DNA from: Pseudomonas aeruginosa
GTDB lineage: Bacteria; Pseudomonadota; Gammaproteobacteria; Pseudomonadales; Pseudomonadaceae
NCBI RefSeq assembly: GCF_001457615.1
Contig: NZ_LN831024.1
Location: forward strand, 6,150,001-6,182,000
Direction of reading: 5' to 3'
DNA length: 32,000 nucleotides
The notes beneath the pieces are model-generated. The model was given only the letters and a program-made list of their open reading frames with translations. It made no database searches and was not told the origin of the DNA. The translations under genes and the position numbers were made by a program. Shown piece after piece: positions 7,877 through 20,513 of this stretch; positions within the stretch are counted from its first letter, which is position 1; every line of letters begins with the position of its first letter.

Positions 7877-8905
7877 ATGACCCTGCCACAGACCATGAAA
7901 GCCGCGGTCGTGCACGCCTACGGCGCGCCGCTGCGGATCGAGGAAGTCAAGGTTCCGCTGCCCGGCCCCGGGCAGGTACTGGTGAAGATCGAAGCCTCCG
8001 GCGTCTGCCACACCGACCTGCATGCCGCCGAGGGCGACTGGCCGGTGAAGCCGCCGTTGCCGTTCATTCCCGGTCACGAAGGCGTCGGCTACGTCGCCGC
8101 GGTGGGCAGCGGAGTGACCCGAGTGAAGGAAGGCGACCGGGTCGGCATCCCCTGGCTGTACACCGCCTGCGGCTGCTGCGAGCACTGCCTGACCGGCTGG
8201 GAGACCCTCTGCGAGAGCCAGCAGAACACCGGCTACTCGGTGAACGGCGGCTATGCCGAATACGTATTGGCCGACCCGAACTACGTCGGAATTCTGCCGA
8301 AAAACGTCGAATTCGCTGAAATCGCGCCGATCCTCTGCGCCGGCGTCACCGTCTACAAGGGGCTCAAGCAGACCAACGCGCGCCCCGGCCAGTGGGTGGC
8401 GATCTCCGGCATCGGCGGCCTCGGCCACGTCGCCGTGCAGTACGCCAGGGCCATGGGCCTGCACGTCGCCGCCATCGACATCGACGACGCCAAGCTGGAA
8501 CTGGCGCGCAAGCTCGGTGCCAGCCTGACGGTCAACGCCCGGCAGGAAGACCCGGTGGAGGTGCTCCAGCGCGACATCGGCGGCGCCCACGGGGTGCTGG
8601 TCACCGCGGTATCCAACAGCGCCTTCGGCCAGGCCATCGGCATGGCGCGCCGCGGCGGCACCATCGCCCTGGTCGGCCTGCCGCCGGGTGACTTCCCGAC
8701 GCCGATCTTCGACGTGGTGCTCAAGGGCCTGCACATCGCCGGCTCAATCGTCGGCACCCGCGCGGACCTTCAGGAAGCCCTCGACTTTGCCGGCGAAGGC
8801 CTGGTCAAGGCGACCATCCATCCGGGCAAGCTGGACGACATCAACCAGATCCTCGACCAGATGCGCGCCGGGCAGATCGAGGGGCGCATCGTCCTCGAGA
8901 TGTGA
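7877..8905 (+). CDS. adhA: Zinc-dependent alcohol dehydrogenase
   Basis: 342 aa [26 protein letters not shown]...[14 protein letters not shown]; catalytic and structural Zn motifs. ATG 7877 has better SD spacing than ATG 7871. Confidence 0.93.
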   Translation: MTLPQTMKAAVVHAYGAPLRIEEVKVPLPGPGQVLVKIEASGVCHTDLHAAEGDWPVKPPLPFIPGHEGVGYVAAVGSGVTRVKEGDRVGIPWLYTACGCCEHCLTGWETLCESQQNTGYSVNGGYAEYVLADPNYVGILPKNVEFAEIAPILCAGVTVYKGLKQTNARPGQWVAISGIGGLGHVAVQYARAMGLHVAAIDIDDAKLELARKLGASLTVNARQEDPVEVLQRDIGGAHGVLVTAVSNSAFGQAIGMARRGGTIALVGLPPGDFPTPIFDVVLKGLHIAGSIVGTRADLQEALDFAGEGLVKATIHPGKLDDINQILDQMRAGQIEGRIVLEM

Positions 8906-8911
8906 CCTGCG

Positions 8912-8933
8912 GGGCGGCGTCCCGGCGCCGCCC
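8912..8933. terminator. GC-rich stem-loop between convergent adhA and the LysR gene
   Basis: GGGCGGCG-TCCCGG-CGCCGCCC; no strong T-tract. Confidence 0.5.
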
Positions 8934-8941
8934 TTGCCTGT

Positions 8942-9850
8942 CTACTCGACGCTGCCCAGCCCGCCTTCCAGCTTGCGCCAGAGCAGGCGGATCGCCGCCT
9001 TGCGTACCAGCGCGCAGCGGTACAGGCGGATTTCCTGCGGCACGAACCATTGCGGCCCGCCACAGATCGCCAGCTCACAGCGCTCCAGTTCGTTGACCAC
9101 GCTCAGCCGTGGCACCCAGGCCACGCCCATGCCTTGCAGCGCCATGCTCTTCAGGCTGTCGGCCATCGCCGTCTCGTAGACCGTGGTGTAGCGCAGGTTG
9201 CGCTGGCGCAGCAGCAGGTTGACCCCGCGACCGAGGAAGGCGCTGGCGCTGTAGGCGAGCAGCGGCACGCTCTGGCCGTTCTCCAGGTCGAACAGCGGCA
9301 GGCCCTCGGCGTTCACCGCGCAGACCGGCAGCATCTCGGTGCGCCCCAGGTGCAGCGAGGGGAAGATCTCCGGGTCCATCTGCAACGCGGCGTCAGGGTC
9401 GTAGAACGCCAGCATCAGGTCGCAGCTACCCTCGCGCAGGGAATGCACCGCCTCGCCGACGTTGGTGGCGATCAGCCGGCTGGCGATGTTCAGCCCCTCG
9501 TTGCGCAGCCGCGCGATCCACTGCGGGAAGAAGCCCAGCGCCAGCGAGTGGGCGGCGGCGAACTGCAGCACCTCGCCCTGCCCGCCTTCCAGGTGGTGCA
9601 GGTGGCGCACCACCTGGCCGAGCTGCTCGACCACGCTGCGCGCGGTGACCAGGAACAGCTGCCCGGCCTCGGTCAGTTCCACCGGCGTGCGCTGGCGATT
9701 CACCAGGGTCAGGCCGAGGGCGTCCTCCAGGCTGCGAATGCGCCGGCTGAAGGCCGGCTGGGTGACGAAGCGTTTCTCCGCCGCCTGGGAAAAGCTGCGG
9801 GTGCCGGCCAGGGCGATGAAATCCTCCAGCCACTTCAGTTCGAGGTTCAC
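8942..9850 (-). CDS. LysR-family transcriptional regulator
   Basis: 302 aa; MNLELKWLEDFIALAGTRSFSQAAEKRFVTQPAFSRRIRSLEDALGLTLVNR is an LTTR wHTH. Confidence 0.95.
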   Translation of the reverse strand: MNLELKWLEDFIALAGTRSFSQAAEKRFVTQPAFSRRIRSLEDALGLTLVNRQRTPVELTEAGQLFLVTARSVVEQLGQVVRHLHHLEGGQGEVLQFAAAHSLALGFFPQWIARLRNEGLNIASRLIATNVGEAVHSLREGSCDLMLAFYDPDAALQMDPEIFPSLHLGRTEMLPVCAVNAEGLPLFDLENGQSVPLLAYSASAFLGRGVNLLLRQRNLRYTTVYETAMADSLKSMALQGMGVAWVPRLSVVNELERCELAICGGPQWFVPQEIRLYRCALVRKAAIRLLWRKLEGGLGSVE

Positions 9851-10025
9851 GACGGGAAAGGCTCCGGTAATGCGATGACACGTCCGCCATCATACCAGCG
9901 TCACATCCAACATTATGCCGTTTGTGCATGAGGCAGCGTTTAACAGCATTGGCCACGAAATCGTCACATCCTTAGTCTAGTGGGCATCGCGGCACTGGCC
10001 GTGTCCCTCTGAGACAAATCCCGTC

Positions 10026-11450
<1,425 letters not shown>

Positions 11451-11562
11451 TCCGATACGAGATCGAGCGCGCCCAGGTCCGGCTGTCGACGCAGCCGGGC
11501 CGCAGCGCAGCCGATCGAAGAAGGCTCACCGGTAGAGGGGGAGTACTACCCCCTCGACCTTT

Positions 11563-11591
11563 AGGGATGGATACCCTTCATCCCTTCTTTT
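11563..11591 (+). terminator. Hairpin AGGGATG-N9-CATCCCT followed by TCTTTTA
   Basis: Arms 11563-11569 and 11579-11585. Confidence 0.65.
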
Positions 11592-11669
11592 ATACCCGGC
11601 GCCCCGGCCCAGCCGCGGCGCCACGCTCACCGGTCGAGAGGGATACCAACTTTCCCTCTCTACACTCTG

Positions 11670-11705
11670 AGGGACACGGCGACCTGCGGTGTCCCTTCTT
11701 TTTTT
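11670..11705 (+). terminator. Rho-independent terminator AGGGACAC-N11-GTGTCCCT then TCTTTTTTT
   Basis: Arms 11670-11677 and 11689-11696, followed by a strong T-tract to 11705. Confidence 0.85.
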
Positions 11706-11813
11706 CACCGCTCAGGACGGCCCGCAGATCTTCCCCGTTGCCGAGGTGTTGTGTGGCTGCGCTCACCTGTGGATAACGTCCGCGTCATACGTCCTACGAA
11801 GGCATATCCCCTC

Positions 11814-13028
11814 TCAACACCCCGTCAACCCTTGCTCCCGCCGCTCCTCCGGGAAGAAATAAGGCCTCAATACCCGTACCCCGACGCTGTTGCCGGCAAA
11901 CGCCGCCACCAACCACAACCAGCCATGCAGGCTGCCGGACGCGATCCCGCTGAAATACGCGCCGATGTTGCAGCCATAGGCCAGGCGCGCGCCGTAGCCG
12001 AGCAGCAGCCCGCCGATCACCGCCGCCGCCAGCGAACGGCGCGGGATGTCCAGGTTCGGCGCAAAGCGTCCGGCCAGGCCGGCGGCGAGCAGCGCGCCGA
12101 GGACGATGCCGATGTCCATCACGCTGGTGATGTCTTCCCACAGCGGCGCGGCCAGCGCCTTGGCGTTCGCCGGCGTCTGCCAGAAGGCCCAGGCGCCGAC
12201 GTCCAGGCCCACGCCCTGGGCGATCTTCGCGCCCCACAGGGCGAAGGCCGACGTGATGCCCCAGGGGCGTCCGGCGAGGTACAGGGTGAGGAAGTTGAGC
12301 AGCGCCAGCGCCAACGCGCCCCAGACCAGCGGCCAGGGGCCGCGGAGGAAGCGCCGCCAACCCCACCATTCGGCGCTCGGCGGGGTTTCCAGGGCGCCGT
12401 GGCGGGCCTTCTCCATGCGTACCGTGACCCCGGCGATGCCGATGAACACCGCCAGGCTCAACACCAGCGCCGGTGCCAGGCCCAGTTCGGCGACCAGCGA
12501 GATCGGCGGCAGCGACGGCAGGGCGAACCACCAGCCGACATGCTGGGTGGCGATCAGCGAGCCGAGGATGAAGAACAGCAGGGTCACCAGCATCCGCGCG
12601 TTGCCGCCGCCGACGGTGAACAGGGTGCCGGAGGCGCAGCCGCCGCCCAGTTGCATGCCGATGCCGAAAATGAAGGCGCCGACGATCACCGAAGTGCCGA
12701 CCGGCGAGACGAAACCGCTCACCGGCTGGCCGAACAGGCTGCCCGCCGCCAGCGCCGGGAAGAACAGCAGCACCGCCAGCGCCAGCATCACCATCTGCGC
12801 GCGCAGCCCGGCGCCACGCCGTTCGCGGATGAATACCCGCCAGGCGGAGGTGAAGCCGAAGGCGGCGTGGTAGAGGGTCAGGCCCAGGGCGCCGCCGACG
12901 ATGAAGAGGATGGCCTGGCGCGCGCTGACCGCGTTGAACAGGAACAGCCCGCCGAGCACCAGCAGGGCGAAGGCGATCAGGGGGGCGGCGAGCTTGCGCT
13001 CGGGCGCGGCGGAAAGGGCGACACTCAT
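11814..13028 (-). CDS. YeeE/YedE-family membrane transporter (thiosulfate/sulfur transport-like)
   Basis: 404 aa, many TM segments, conserved Cys motifs GIGMQLGGGCASGTLFTVGGG and GYGARLAYGCNIGAYFSGI. Confidence 0.9.
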   Translation of the reverse strand: MSVALSAAPERKLAAPLIAFALLVLGGLFLFNAVSARQAILFIVGGALGLTLYHAAFGFTSAWRVFIRERRGAGLRAQMVMLALAVLLFFPALAAGSLFGQPVSGFVSPVGTSVIVGAFIFGIGMQLGGGCASGTLFTVGGGNARMLVTLLFFILGSLIATQHVGWWFALPSLPPISLVAELGLAPALVLSLAVFIGIAGVTVRMEKARHGALETPPSAEWWGWRRFLRGPWPLVWGALALALLNFLTLYLAGRPWGITSAFALWGAKIAQGVGLDVGAWAFWQTPANAKALAAPLWEDITSVMDIGIVLGALLAAGLAGRFAPNLDIPRRSLAAAVIGGLLLGYGARLAYGCNIGAYFSGIASGSLHGWLWLVAAFAGNSVGVRVLRPYFFPEERREQGLTGC

Positions 13029-13064
13029 GGCTACTCCTGGGCGCGAGGGTGATCCGGGGGCATT

Positions 13065-14540
13065 CTAGTCAGTCGCGACGACGGGTCCAACCAGGGCCTC
13101 CCGCCGCCAGGCCTTGCGCAACGCCCGCAGCGCCTCGTCGATACGCGCCTCGGGTACTGCCGCGAAGCCCAGCACCAGGCCCGCGCGGTCGTCTGGCGCA
13201 ACGCTGGAGTCGTCCATCCAGTAGTCGCTCAAGGCGCTGACTTCCACCCCGGCGGCTGCCGCCGCGGCGATCAGGGCCCGCTCCCGCGCCAGGCTGTCGA
13301 CCCGCACGCACAGGTGCAGCCCCGCCTCCACCGCCGGCAACGGCTGGCAACCCGGCGCCTCTGGCCAGCCCCGCAGCAAGGCGTCGCGGCGGGCGCGGGC
13401 GGCGCGGCGCATGCGGCGGACGTGGCGCTGGAAATGCCCCTCGGCGATGAAGTCGGCCATGACCCGCTGGGTGCCCACCTCCGAATGGCGTACCTCGATG
13501 GCCCGCCGCTGGCGGAAGCGCTCGACCAGCGCCGGCGGGACCACCAGGTAGCCCAGGCGCAACGCCGGGAAGGCGATCTTGCAGAAGGTCCCGACGTAGA
13601 GCACCCGGCCCTGTCGGTCCAGCGCGGCCAGCGGCGCCAGCGGCGTACCGCTGTAGCGATACTCGCCGTCGTAGTCGTCCTCGACGATCCAACCGTCGGC
13701 GCGCTCGGCCCACTCCAGCAGCTCCAGGCGCCGCGCCAGCGACAGGGTGACGCCGGTGGGGTACTGGTGTGACGGCGTGACATAGGCCAGGCGGCAGCCG
13801 GCAATGCCCGCGAGCCGGTCGCTGCGCAGCCCCTCGGCGTCGAGGTCGATCCCGTGCGGTACCGCGCCGGTCGCGGCGAAGGCCAGGCGCGCCGCGCGGT
13901 AGCCAGGGTTTTCCACAGCCACCGGATCGCCGTTCTCGAGCAACACCTGGGCGCACAGGCGGATGGCCTGCTGCGCGCCATGGGTGACGATCACCTGTTC
14001 CGCCTCGCAGCGCAGGCCGCGCGCGCTGCGCAGGTAGGCGGCGATCAGCTCGCGCAGGCGCGCCTCGCCGGCCGGGTCGCCGTAGCCCAGGCAGTCCGCC
14101 GGTGGGTTGCGCCAGAAGCGCGCCTGTAGCCGCGCCCAGGTGTCGAAGGGGAACAGGTCGAAGGCCGGCACGCCGACGCGGAACGCTCGCGGCGCGCCTT
14201 CCGGTGGCGGCGCCAGGGCCGCCGGGCCGCGCGGCGCGGGAGCGCTCGGGGCGACGGCGGGGGCCCTGCCTGGGATTTCCTGCAACTCGGCAACGTAGGT
14301 GCCGTCGCCTGTGCGCCCGTCGATATAGCCCTCGGCGTGCAACTGTTCATAGGCCCGCACCACGGTGTTGCGCGAGACCTTCAGGGCCTGGGCCAGTTCG
14401 CGGCTGGCGGGCATCCGCGTGCGGCTGCCGAGGCGGCCGTCGAGGATCCGTTCGCGCAGCGCGGCGTAGAGCTGGCGGGCCAGGCCCTGGGCGGGGTCGA
14501 GGTGGATGCCGGCGGCGTCGAAGGGCAGTACGGTGGCCAT
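13065..14540 (-). CDS. MocR-family (GntR wHTH + aminotransferase-fold) transcriptional regulator
   Basis: 491 aa; N-terminal LARQLYAALRERILDGRLGSRTRMPASRELAQALKVSRNTVVRAYEQL plus PLP-fold domain (YVTPSHQYPTGVTLSLARRLELL...VGTFCKIAFPALRLGY). Confidence 0.93.
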   Translation of the reverse strand: MATVLPFDAAGIHLDPAQGLARQLYAALRERILDGRLGSRTRMPASRELAQALKVSRNTVVRAYEQLHAEGYIDGRTGDGTYVAELQEIPGRAPAVAPSAPAPRGPAALAPPPEGAPRAFRVGVPAFDLFPFDTWARLQARFWRNPPADCLGYGDPAGEARLRELIAAYLRSARGLRCEAEQVIVTHGAQQAIRLCAQVLLENGDPVAVENPGYRAARLAFAATGAVPHGIDLDAEGLRSDRLAGIAGCRLAYVTPSHQYPTGVTLSLARRLELLEWAERADGWIVEDDYDGEYRYSGTPLAPLAALDRQGRVLYVGTFCKIAFPALRLGYLVVPPALVERFRQRRAIEVRHSEVGTQRVMADFIAEGHFQRHVRRMRRAARARRDALLRGWPEAPGCQPLPAVEAGLHLCVRVDSLARERALIAAAAAAGVEVSALSDYWMDDSSVAPDDRAGLVLGFAAVPEARIDEALRALRKAWRREALVGPVVATD

Positions 14541-14568
14541 GGCGGTCTCGGAGGGAAGAAAGCGCCAG

Positions 14569-14594
14569 TGTGGATTGGACCTGTGGAATTGACC
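14569..14594. promoter_or_regulatory. Adjacent 13-bp direct repeats in the MocR/GNAT divergent region
   Basis: TGTGGATTGGACC (14569-14581) and TGTGGAATTGACC (14582-14594), 11/13 identical. Confidence 0.6.
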
Positions 14595-14667
14595 AGCAAT
14601 GGATCTTCTAGCGGACCATTTCCCGGCCTAGTCTGGAGGCACCTTTACCCGGACATGGAACCGAGCC

Positions 14668-15117
14668 ATGAGCACGTCCCTGCAGATTCGTCCCGTCGGC
14701 GCCGGCGACCACGCCGCCTGGCTGCCGCTGTGGGAGGGCTACCAGCGCTTCTACAAGACCGAGATCGCCGCCGCTACCAGCGACGCCACCTGGCAGCGCT
14801 TCCTCGACGCCGACGAACCGATGAACGCCGCCCTCGCCTGGCTCGACGAGCGCGCCGTAGGCCTGGTGCACTGGATCTACCACCGCTCCTGCTGGACCGT
14901 CGGCGACTACTGCTACCTGCAGGACCTGTTCGTCGCCGAGGGCCTGCGCGGCGAAGGCATAGGGCGCCGGCTGATCGAGCATGTCTACGCCGAGGCCGGC
15001 GCCGCTGGCTGTTCGCGGGTGCACTGGCTGACCCACGAGAGCAACAGCGACGCGATGAAGCTGTACGAGCGCATCGCCGACAAGTCCGGTTTCCTTCAGT
15101 ACCGCAGGATTCTCTGA
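14668..15117 (+). CDS. GNAT-family N-acetyltransferase
   Basis: 149 aa; LQDLFVAEGLRGEGIGRRLIEHVYAEAGAAGCSRVHWLTHESNSDAMKLYERI. Confidence 0.93.
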   Translation: MSTSLQIRPVGAGDHAAWLPLWEGYQRFYKTEIAAATSDATWQRFLDADEPMNAALAWLDERAVGLVHWIYHRSCWTVGDYCYLQDLFVAEGLRGEGIGRRLIEHVYAEAGAAGCSRVHWLTHESNSDAMKLYERIADKSGFLQYRRIL

Positions 15118-15125
15118 GGCCCACC

Positions 15126-15800
15126 ATGCGCGAACCCTTGAACTGGCGCCCCGTCGCCACTCCACCCCACGCCCCGCTCGACGGCCGCTTCGTCAAGCTC
15201 GAACCGCTCGATCCGCAACGCCACGGCGACGACCTGTGGGACGCCCTGCAAGGGCCTGGCGCCGACCCGTTGCTGTGGGAATACCTGGCCTACGGCCCGT
15301 TCGCCGAGCGCCCGGCGTTCGACGCCTGGCTGGCCGGCCAGGCGGCCAGCCGCGACCCGCTGTTCTTCGCCGTGCGCGAGCGGCGCACGCAGCGCGCCGT
15401 CGGCCTGCTCAGCTACCTGCGGATCACGCCGAAGGATGGCGTCATCGAAATCGGCCATATCGCCTTCGGCGCGCCGATGCAGCGCACACCGGGGTCTACC
15501 GAGGCGGTCTACCTGCTCGCCGAACTCGCCCTCGGCCGCCTCGGCTACCGCCGCCTGGAGTGGAAGTGCAATGCCGGCAACGCCCGTTCGATGCGCGCCG
15601 CCGAGCGCCTGGGCTTCACCTACGAAGGCACCTTCCGCCAGCACATGGTGGTCAAGCAGCGCAACCGCGACACCGCCTGGTTCTCCCTGCTCGACAGCGA
15701 ATGGCCGGCGCGACAGGCGGCGTTCGAGCGCTGGCTCGATCCTTCCAACTTCGACGCCGAAGGCCGCCAGCGGCAGACGCTGGAGGCGCTGCGCGACTAG
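15126..15800 (+). CDS. GNAT-family (RimJ/RimL-type) N-acetyltransferase
   Basis: 224 aa from ATG 15126, within ORF 14337-15800; VKLEPLDPQRHGDDLW...LGRLGYRRLEWKCNAGNARSMRAAERLGFTYEGTFRQHMV. Confidence 0.92.
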   Translation: MREPLNWRPVATPPHAPLDGRFVKLEPLDPQRHGDDLWDALQGPGADPLLWEYLAYGPFAERPAFDAWLAGQAASRDPLFFAVRERRTQRAVGLLSYLRITPKDGVIEIGHIAFGAPMQRTPGSTEAVYLLAELALGRLGYRRLEWKCNAGNARSMRAAERLGFTYEGTFRQHMVVKQRNRDTAWFSLLDSEWPARQAAFERWLDPSNFDAEGRQRQTLEALRD

Positions 15801-15824
15801 CCCCTGGCAGGGACTGCCGGTCGC

Positions 15825-17078
15825 TCAACGGTACTCCGGCAGCCAGTGCAGGCTGGCCAGGATGTGCGCGACCGCGTTGGCCACGCCGAACAGCAGCACC
15901 AGCACGATCGCCGGCGTGCCGCCCCAGGCGCGGAACAGCGGGCTGCCGAAGCGCTTGCGCGAGGCCCGCGCCATCAGCGCCGGAACGATCACCGCCCAGA
16001 ACGCCGCGGCCAGCCCGGCGAAACCGATGGCGTAGATGAAGCCGTTGGGGAACAGCAGCCCGCCGATGGTCGGTGGGACGAAGGTCAGCAACGCGGTCTT
16101 GAAGCGCCCGAAGTGGCTGTCGTCGAACTTGCACAGGTCGGCCAGGTAGTCGAACAGGCCGAGGGTCACGCCGAGGAAGGAGCTGGCCACCGCCAGGTTG
16201 GAGAAGGTGGTGAGCAACGCGTTCAGCGAATCCGACGCGGTGATCCGGTGCAGGTATTCCACCAGGGTGCCGACGTTGCTGCCGCCGGCGATGATGCCCT
16301 TGAACTGCTCGCGCGGGATGGTGCCCAGGGTGCTGGCCTGCCACAGCAGGTAGATGGCCAGGGCGATCAGGGTGCCGATCCACAGCGAACGGCTGATCCG
16401 CTGCGGGTCCTTGCCGTAGTACTTCATCAGGCTCGGCACGTTGCCGTGGTAACCGAAGGAAGTCAGGCAGAACGGCAGGGTCGCCAGCAGGTAGGGCCAG
16501 TAGACCGCGTCCGGCTCGCCGCTGTTGAACAGGATCGCCGGCTGGATGCGCCCGAGCAGGCCGCTGATGGAGAGGCCGAACGTAATGATCATGCCGCCGA
16601 GCATCAGCGTGGTGATGCGGTCCACCGCGCGGGTGCTCCACCACACCACCAGCGCCACCGCCAGGGCGAACAGCAGCCCGGCGAGCTTTTCCGGCAGGGT
16701 CACGCCGAGGCCGCTGGACAGGGTGTAGCCGATGATCGAGCCGCCGCCGGAGATATAGGCATAGGTGAGGATATAGAGGACGAAGGCGATGCTCAGCCCG
16801 TTGACCACATTCCAGCCCTGGCCGAGCAGGTCACGGGTGATGGTCGAGAAGCTCGAGCCCACCGGGTAGTTGAGGTTGGCCTCGAGGATCATCATCCCCG
16901 ACAGCAGCATGCAGAACCAGGTGAGCAGGAACACCGCCACCGACCAGCCGAACCAGATGCCGGACATGGCGATGGGCAGGGAGAACATTCCGGCGCCGAC
17001 GGCGGTGCCGGCGATGATCATCGAACCGCCGAGCAGCGAGGGCCGGCGGCTGGGCGTTTGAGCTGGAGAGGACGACAC
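15825..17078 (-). CDS. mtr: Aromatic amino acid / tryptophan permease
   Basis: 417 aa; [50 protein letters not shown] family; GTG start. Confidence 0.87.
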   Translation of the reverse strand: MSSSPAQTPSRRPSLLGGSMIIAGTAVGAGMFSLPIAMSGIWFGWSVAVFLLTWFCMLLSGMMILEANLNYPVGSSFSTITRDLLGQGWNVVNGLSIAFVLYILTYAYISGGGSIIGYTLSSGLGVTLPEKLAGLLFALAVALVVWWSTRAVDRITTLMLGGMIITFGLSISGLLGRIQPAILFNSGEPDAVYWPYLLATLPFCLTSFGYHGNVPSLMKYYGKDPQRISRSLWIGTLIALAIYLLWQASTLGTIPREQFKGIIAGGSNVGTLVEYLHRITASDSLNALLTTFSNLAVASSFLGVTLGLFDYLADLCKFDDSHFGRFKTALLTFVPPTIGGLLFPNGFIYAIGFAGLAAAFWAVIVPALMARASRKRFGSPLFRAWGGTPAIVLVLLFGVANAVAHILASLHWLPEYR

Positions 17079-17207
17079 CTGGACTTCCCGATAGTCAGCG
17101 CCTGCGGCGCGACGCGCCGTTGGGCAGAGGCGGCATTCTAGGCGGCGCGCGCGCCGGGCGCACCCTGGCAGGGCGAACAGCCGGCCGACGCGGCAACCGA
17201 TGCCGAT

Positions 17208-17233
17208 AAAAAAAGGGGAGCATCATGCTCCCC
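17208..17233 (-). terminator. Rho-independent terminator of the pycA-oadA operon
   Basis: On the minus strand GGGGAGC-ATGAT-GCTCCCC followed by T7 (A7 at 17208-17214 on the plus strand), downstream of the stop at 17259. Confidence 0.9.
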
Positions 17234-17258
17234 CAGGGACTTTAACCGTCTGTCGCGG

Positions 17259-19082
17259 TCAGCCCGCAATCTCGATCAGGATCTCGCCCGGGTTGACCCG
17301 GTCGCCCTTGGCCACGTGGATCGCCTTGACCGTACCGGCGATGCCGGCCTGGACCTCGGTTTCCATCTTCATCGCCTCGGTGATCAACACCGCCTGGCCG
17401 GCCTTGACGCTATCGCCTTCCTTCACCAGCACGTCGACGATGTTGCCCGGCATGGTGGTGCTGACGTGGCCCGGCTCGCTGGCATGCTTGCGGCCGCTGG
17501 CGGAGCCGGCGACATATTCGTTGAGCGGCTCGAACACCACTTCTTCCGGCATGCCGTCGATGGACAGGTAGAAGTGCCGCTTGTTGTCGCTCTTCACGCC
17601 GACCCCGGTGATGTCGACGCGGTAGGTCTCGCCGTGCACGTCGATGACGAACTCGGTCGGGGTGCCTTCCGCGCCGGCGGCGGCGACGCCCTTGCCGGTG
17701 GGAATCGGCAGCAGTTCCTCGGGCTTCAGGGTGCCGGCCTCACGCTCTTCGAGGAACTTGCGCCCGATGTCCGGGAACATCGCGTAGGTGAGTACGTCTT
17801 CCTCGGACTTGGCCAGGTTGCCGATCTCGCTGCGCAGCTTGTTCAGCTCCGGCTTGATCAGGTCGGCCGGGCGCACGTCGATGACTTCCTCGCTGCCGAT
17901 GGCCTGGCGCCGCAGTTGCTCGTTGACCTCGCCGGGGGCCTTGCCATAACGGCCCTGCAGGTACAGCTTCACTTCGTTGGTGATGGTCTTGTAGCGCTCG
18001 CCGGCGAGCACGTTGAAGAACGCCTGGGTGCCGACGATCTGCGAAGTCGGCGTCACCAGCGGCGGGAAACCGAGGTCGGCGCGGACCCGCGGGATTTCCT
18101 CGAGCACCTCGCCCATACGGTTCAGCGCGCCCTGCTCCTTGAGCTGGTTGGCCAGGTTGGAAATCATCCCGCCCGGCACCTGGTTGACCTGCACGCGGGT
18201 ATCCACGCCGGTGAATTCGCTCTCGAACTGGTGGTACTTCTTGCGCACCGCGTGGAAGTACATGCCGATCTCCTGGATCAGCTCCAGGTCCAGGCCGGTG
18301 TCGTAGGGGGTACCGCGCAGCGCCGCGACCATCGACTCGGTGCCCGGGTGGCTGGTGCCCCAGGCCATGCTGGAGATCGCCGTGTCGATACGGTCGGCGC
18401 CGTTTTCCACGGCCTTGAGCTGGCACATGCTGGCGACACCGGCGGTGTCATGGGAATGCACCACCACGTCCAGCGGCAGGGCGTCCTTCAGGGCCTTGAC
18501 CAGGTCGCCGGTGGCATAGGGGGTGAGCAGGCCGGCCATGTCCTTGATGGCGATGGAGTCGACGCCCATGTCGGCCATCGCCTTGCCCTGGGCGACGAAG
18601 GCCTCGATGGTGTGCACCGGGCTGGTGGTGTAGCAGATCGTGCCCTGGGCGTGCTTGCCGGCGGCCTTCACCGCCTCGATGGAGACGCGCAGGTTACGCA
18701 CGTCGTTCATCGCGTCGAAGATGCGGAACACGTCGATGCCGTTGACCGCCGCCTTGGCCACGAAGGCGCGCACCACATCGTCGCTGTAGTGGCGGTAGCC
18801 GAGCAGGTTCTGCCCGCGCAGGAGCATCTGCAGGCGGGTGTTGGGCAGCGCCGCCTTGAGCTTGCGCAGGCGTTCCCACGGGTCTTCCTTGAGGAAGCGC
18901 ACGCAGGCGTCGAAGGTGGCGCCGCCCCAGACTTCCAGCGACCAGTAGCCGACGCGGTCGAGCTTGTCGCAGATCGGCAGCATGTCCTCGGTGCGCATGC
19001 GGGTCGCCAGCAGCGACTGGTGGGCATCGCGCAGGATGGTATCGGTGACGCCGGTCTTCTTCGCTTGGATGGTGTTGCTCAT
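17259..19082 (-). CDS. oadA: Pyruvate carboxylase subunit B / oxaloacetate decarboxylase alpha chain
   Basis: 607 aa; ITDTILRDAHQSLLATRMRTEDM-like N-terminus and C-terminal biotinyl motif LITEAMKMETEVQAG. Confidence 0.95.
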   Translation of the reverse strand: MSNTIQAKKTGVTDTILRDAHQSLLATRMRTEDMLPICDKLDRVGYWSLEVWGGATFDACVRFLKEDPWERLRKLKAALPNTRLQMLLRGQNLLGYRHYSDDVVRAFVAKAAVNGIDVFRIFDAMNDVRNLRVSIEAVKAAGKHAQGTICYTTSPVHTIEAFVAQGKAMADMGVDSIAIKDMAGLLTPYATGDLVKALKDALPLDVVVHSHDTAGVASMCQLKAVENGADRIDTAISSMAWGTSHPGTESMVAALRGTPYDTGLDLELIQEIGMYFHAVRKKYHQFESEFTGVDTRVQVNQVPGGMISNLANQLKEQGALNRMGEVLEEIPRVRADLGFPPLVTPTSQIVGTQAFFNVLAGERYKTITNEVKLYLQGRYGKAPGEVNEQLRRQAIGSEEVIDVRPADLIKPELNKLRSEIGNLAKSEEDVLTYAMFPDIGRKFLEEREAGTLKPEELLPIPTGKGVAAAGAEGTPTEFVIDVHGETYRVDITGVGVKSDNKRHFYLSIDGMPEEVVFEPLNEYVAGSASGRKHASEPGHVSTTMPGNIVDVLVKEGDSVKAGQAVLITEAMKMETEVQAGIAGTVKAIHVAKGDRVNPGEILIEIAG

Positions 19083-19097
19083 GTTCTGCTCCTTCCC

Positions 19098-20513
<1,416 letters not shown>

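Noticed and set aside
11761-11770. GCTCACCTGT as a third copy of the GCTCACCGGT module
   Set aside because: 9/10 match to the short tag, but no following hairpin pair or T-tract; not counted as a module.
11567-11776. Short plus-strand ORF (MDTLHPFFYTRRPGP...) and opposing 11526-11708 ORF
   Set aside because: They run through the hairpin/terminator modules, with no SD or recognisable protein; non-coding explanation preferred.
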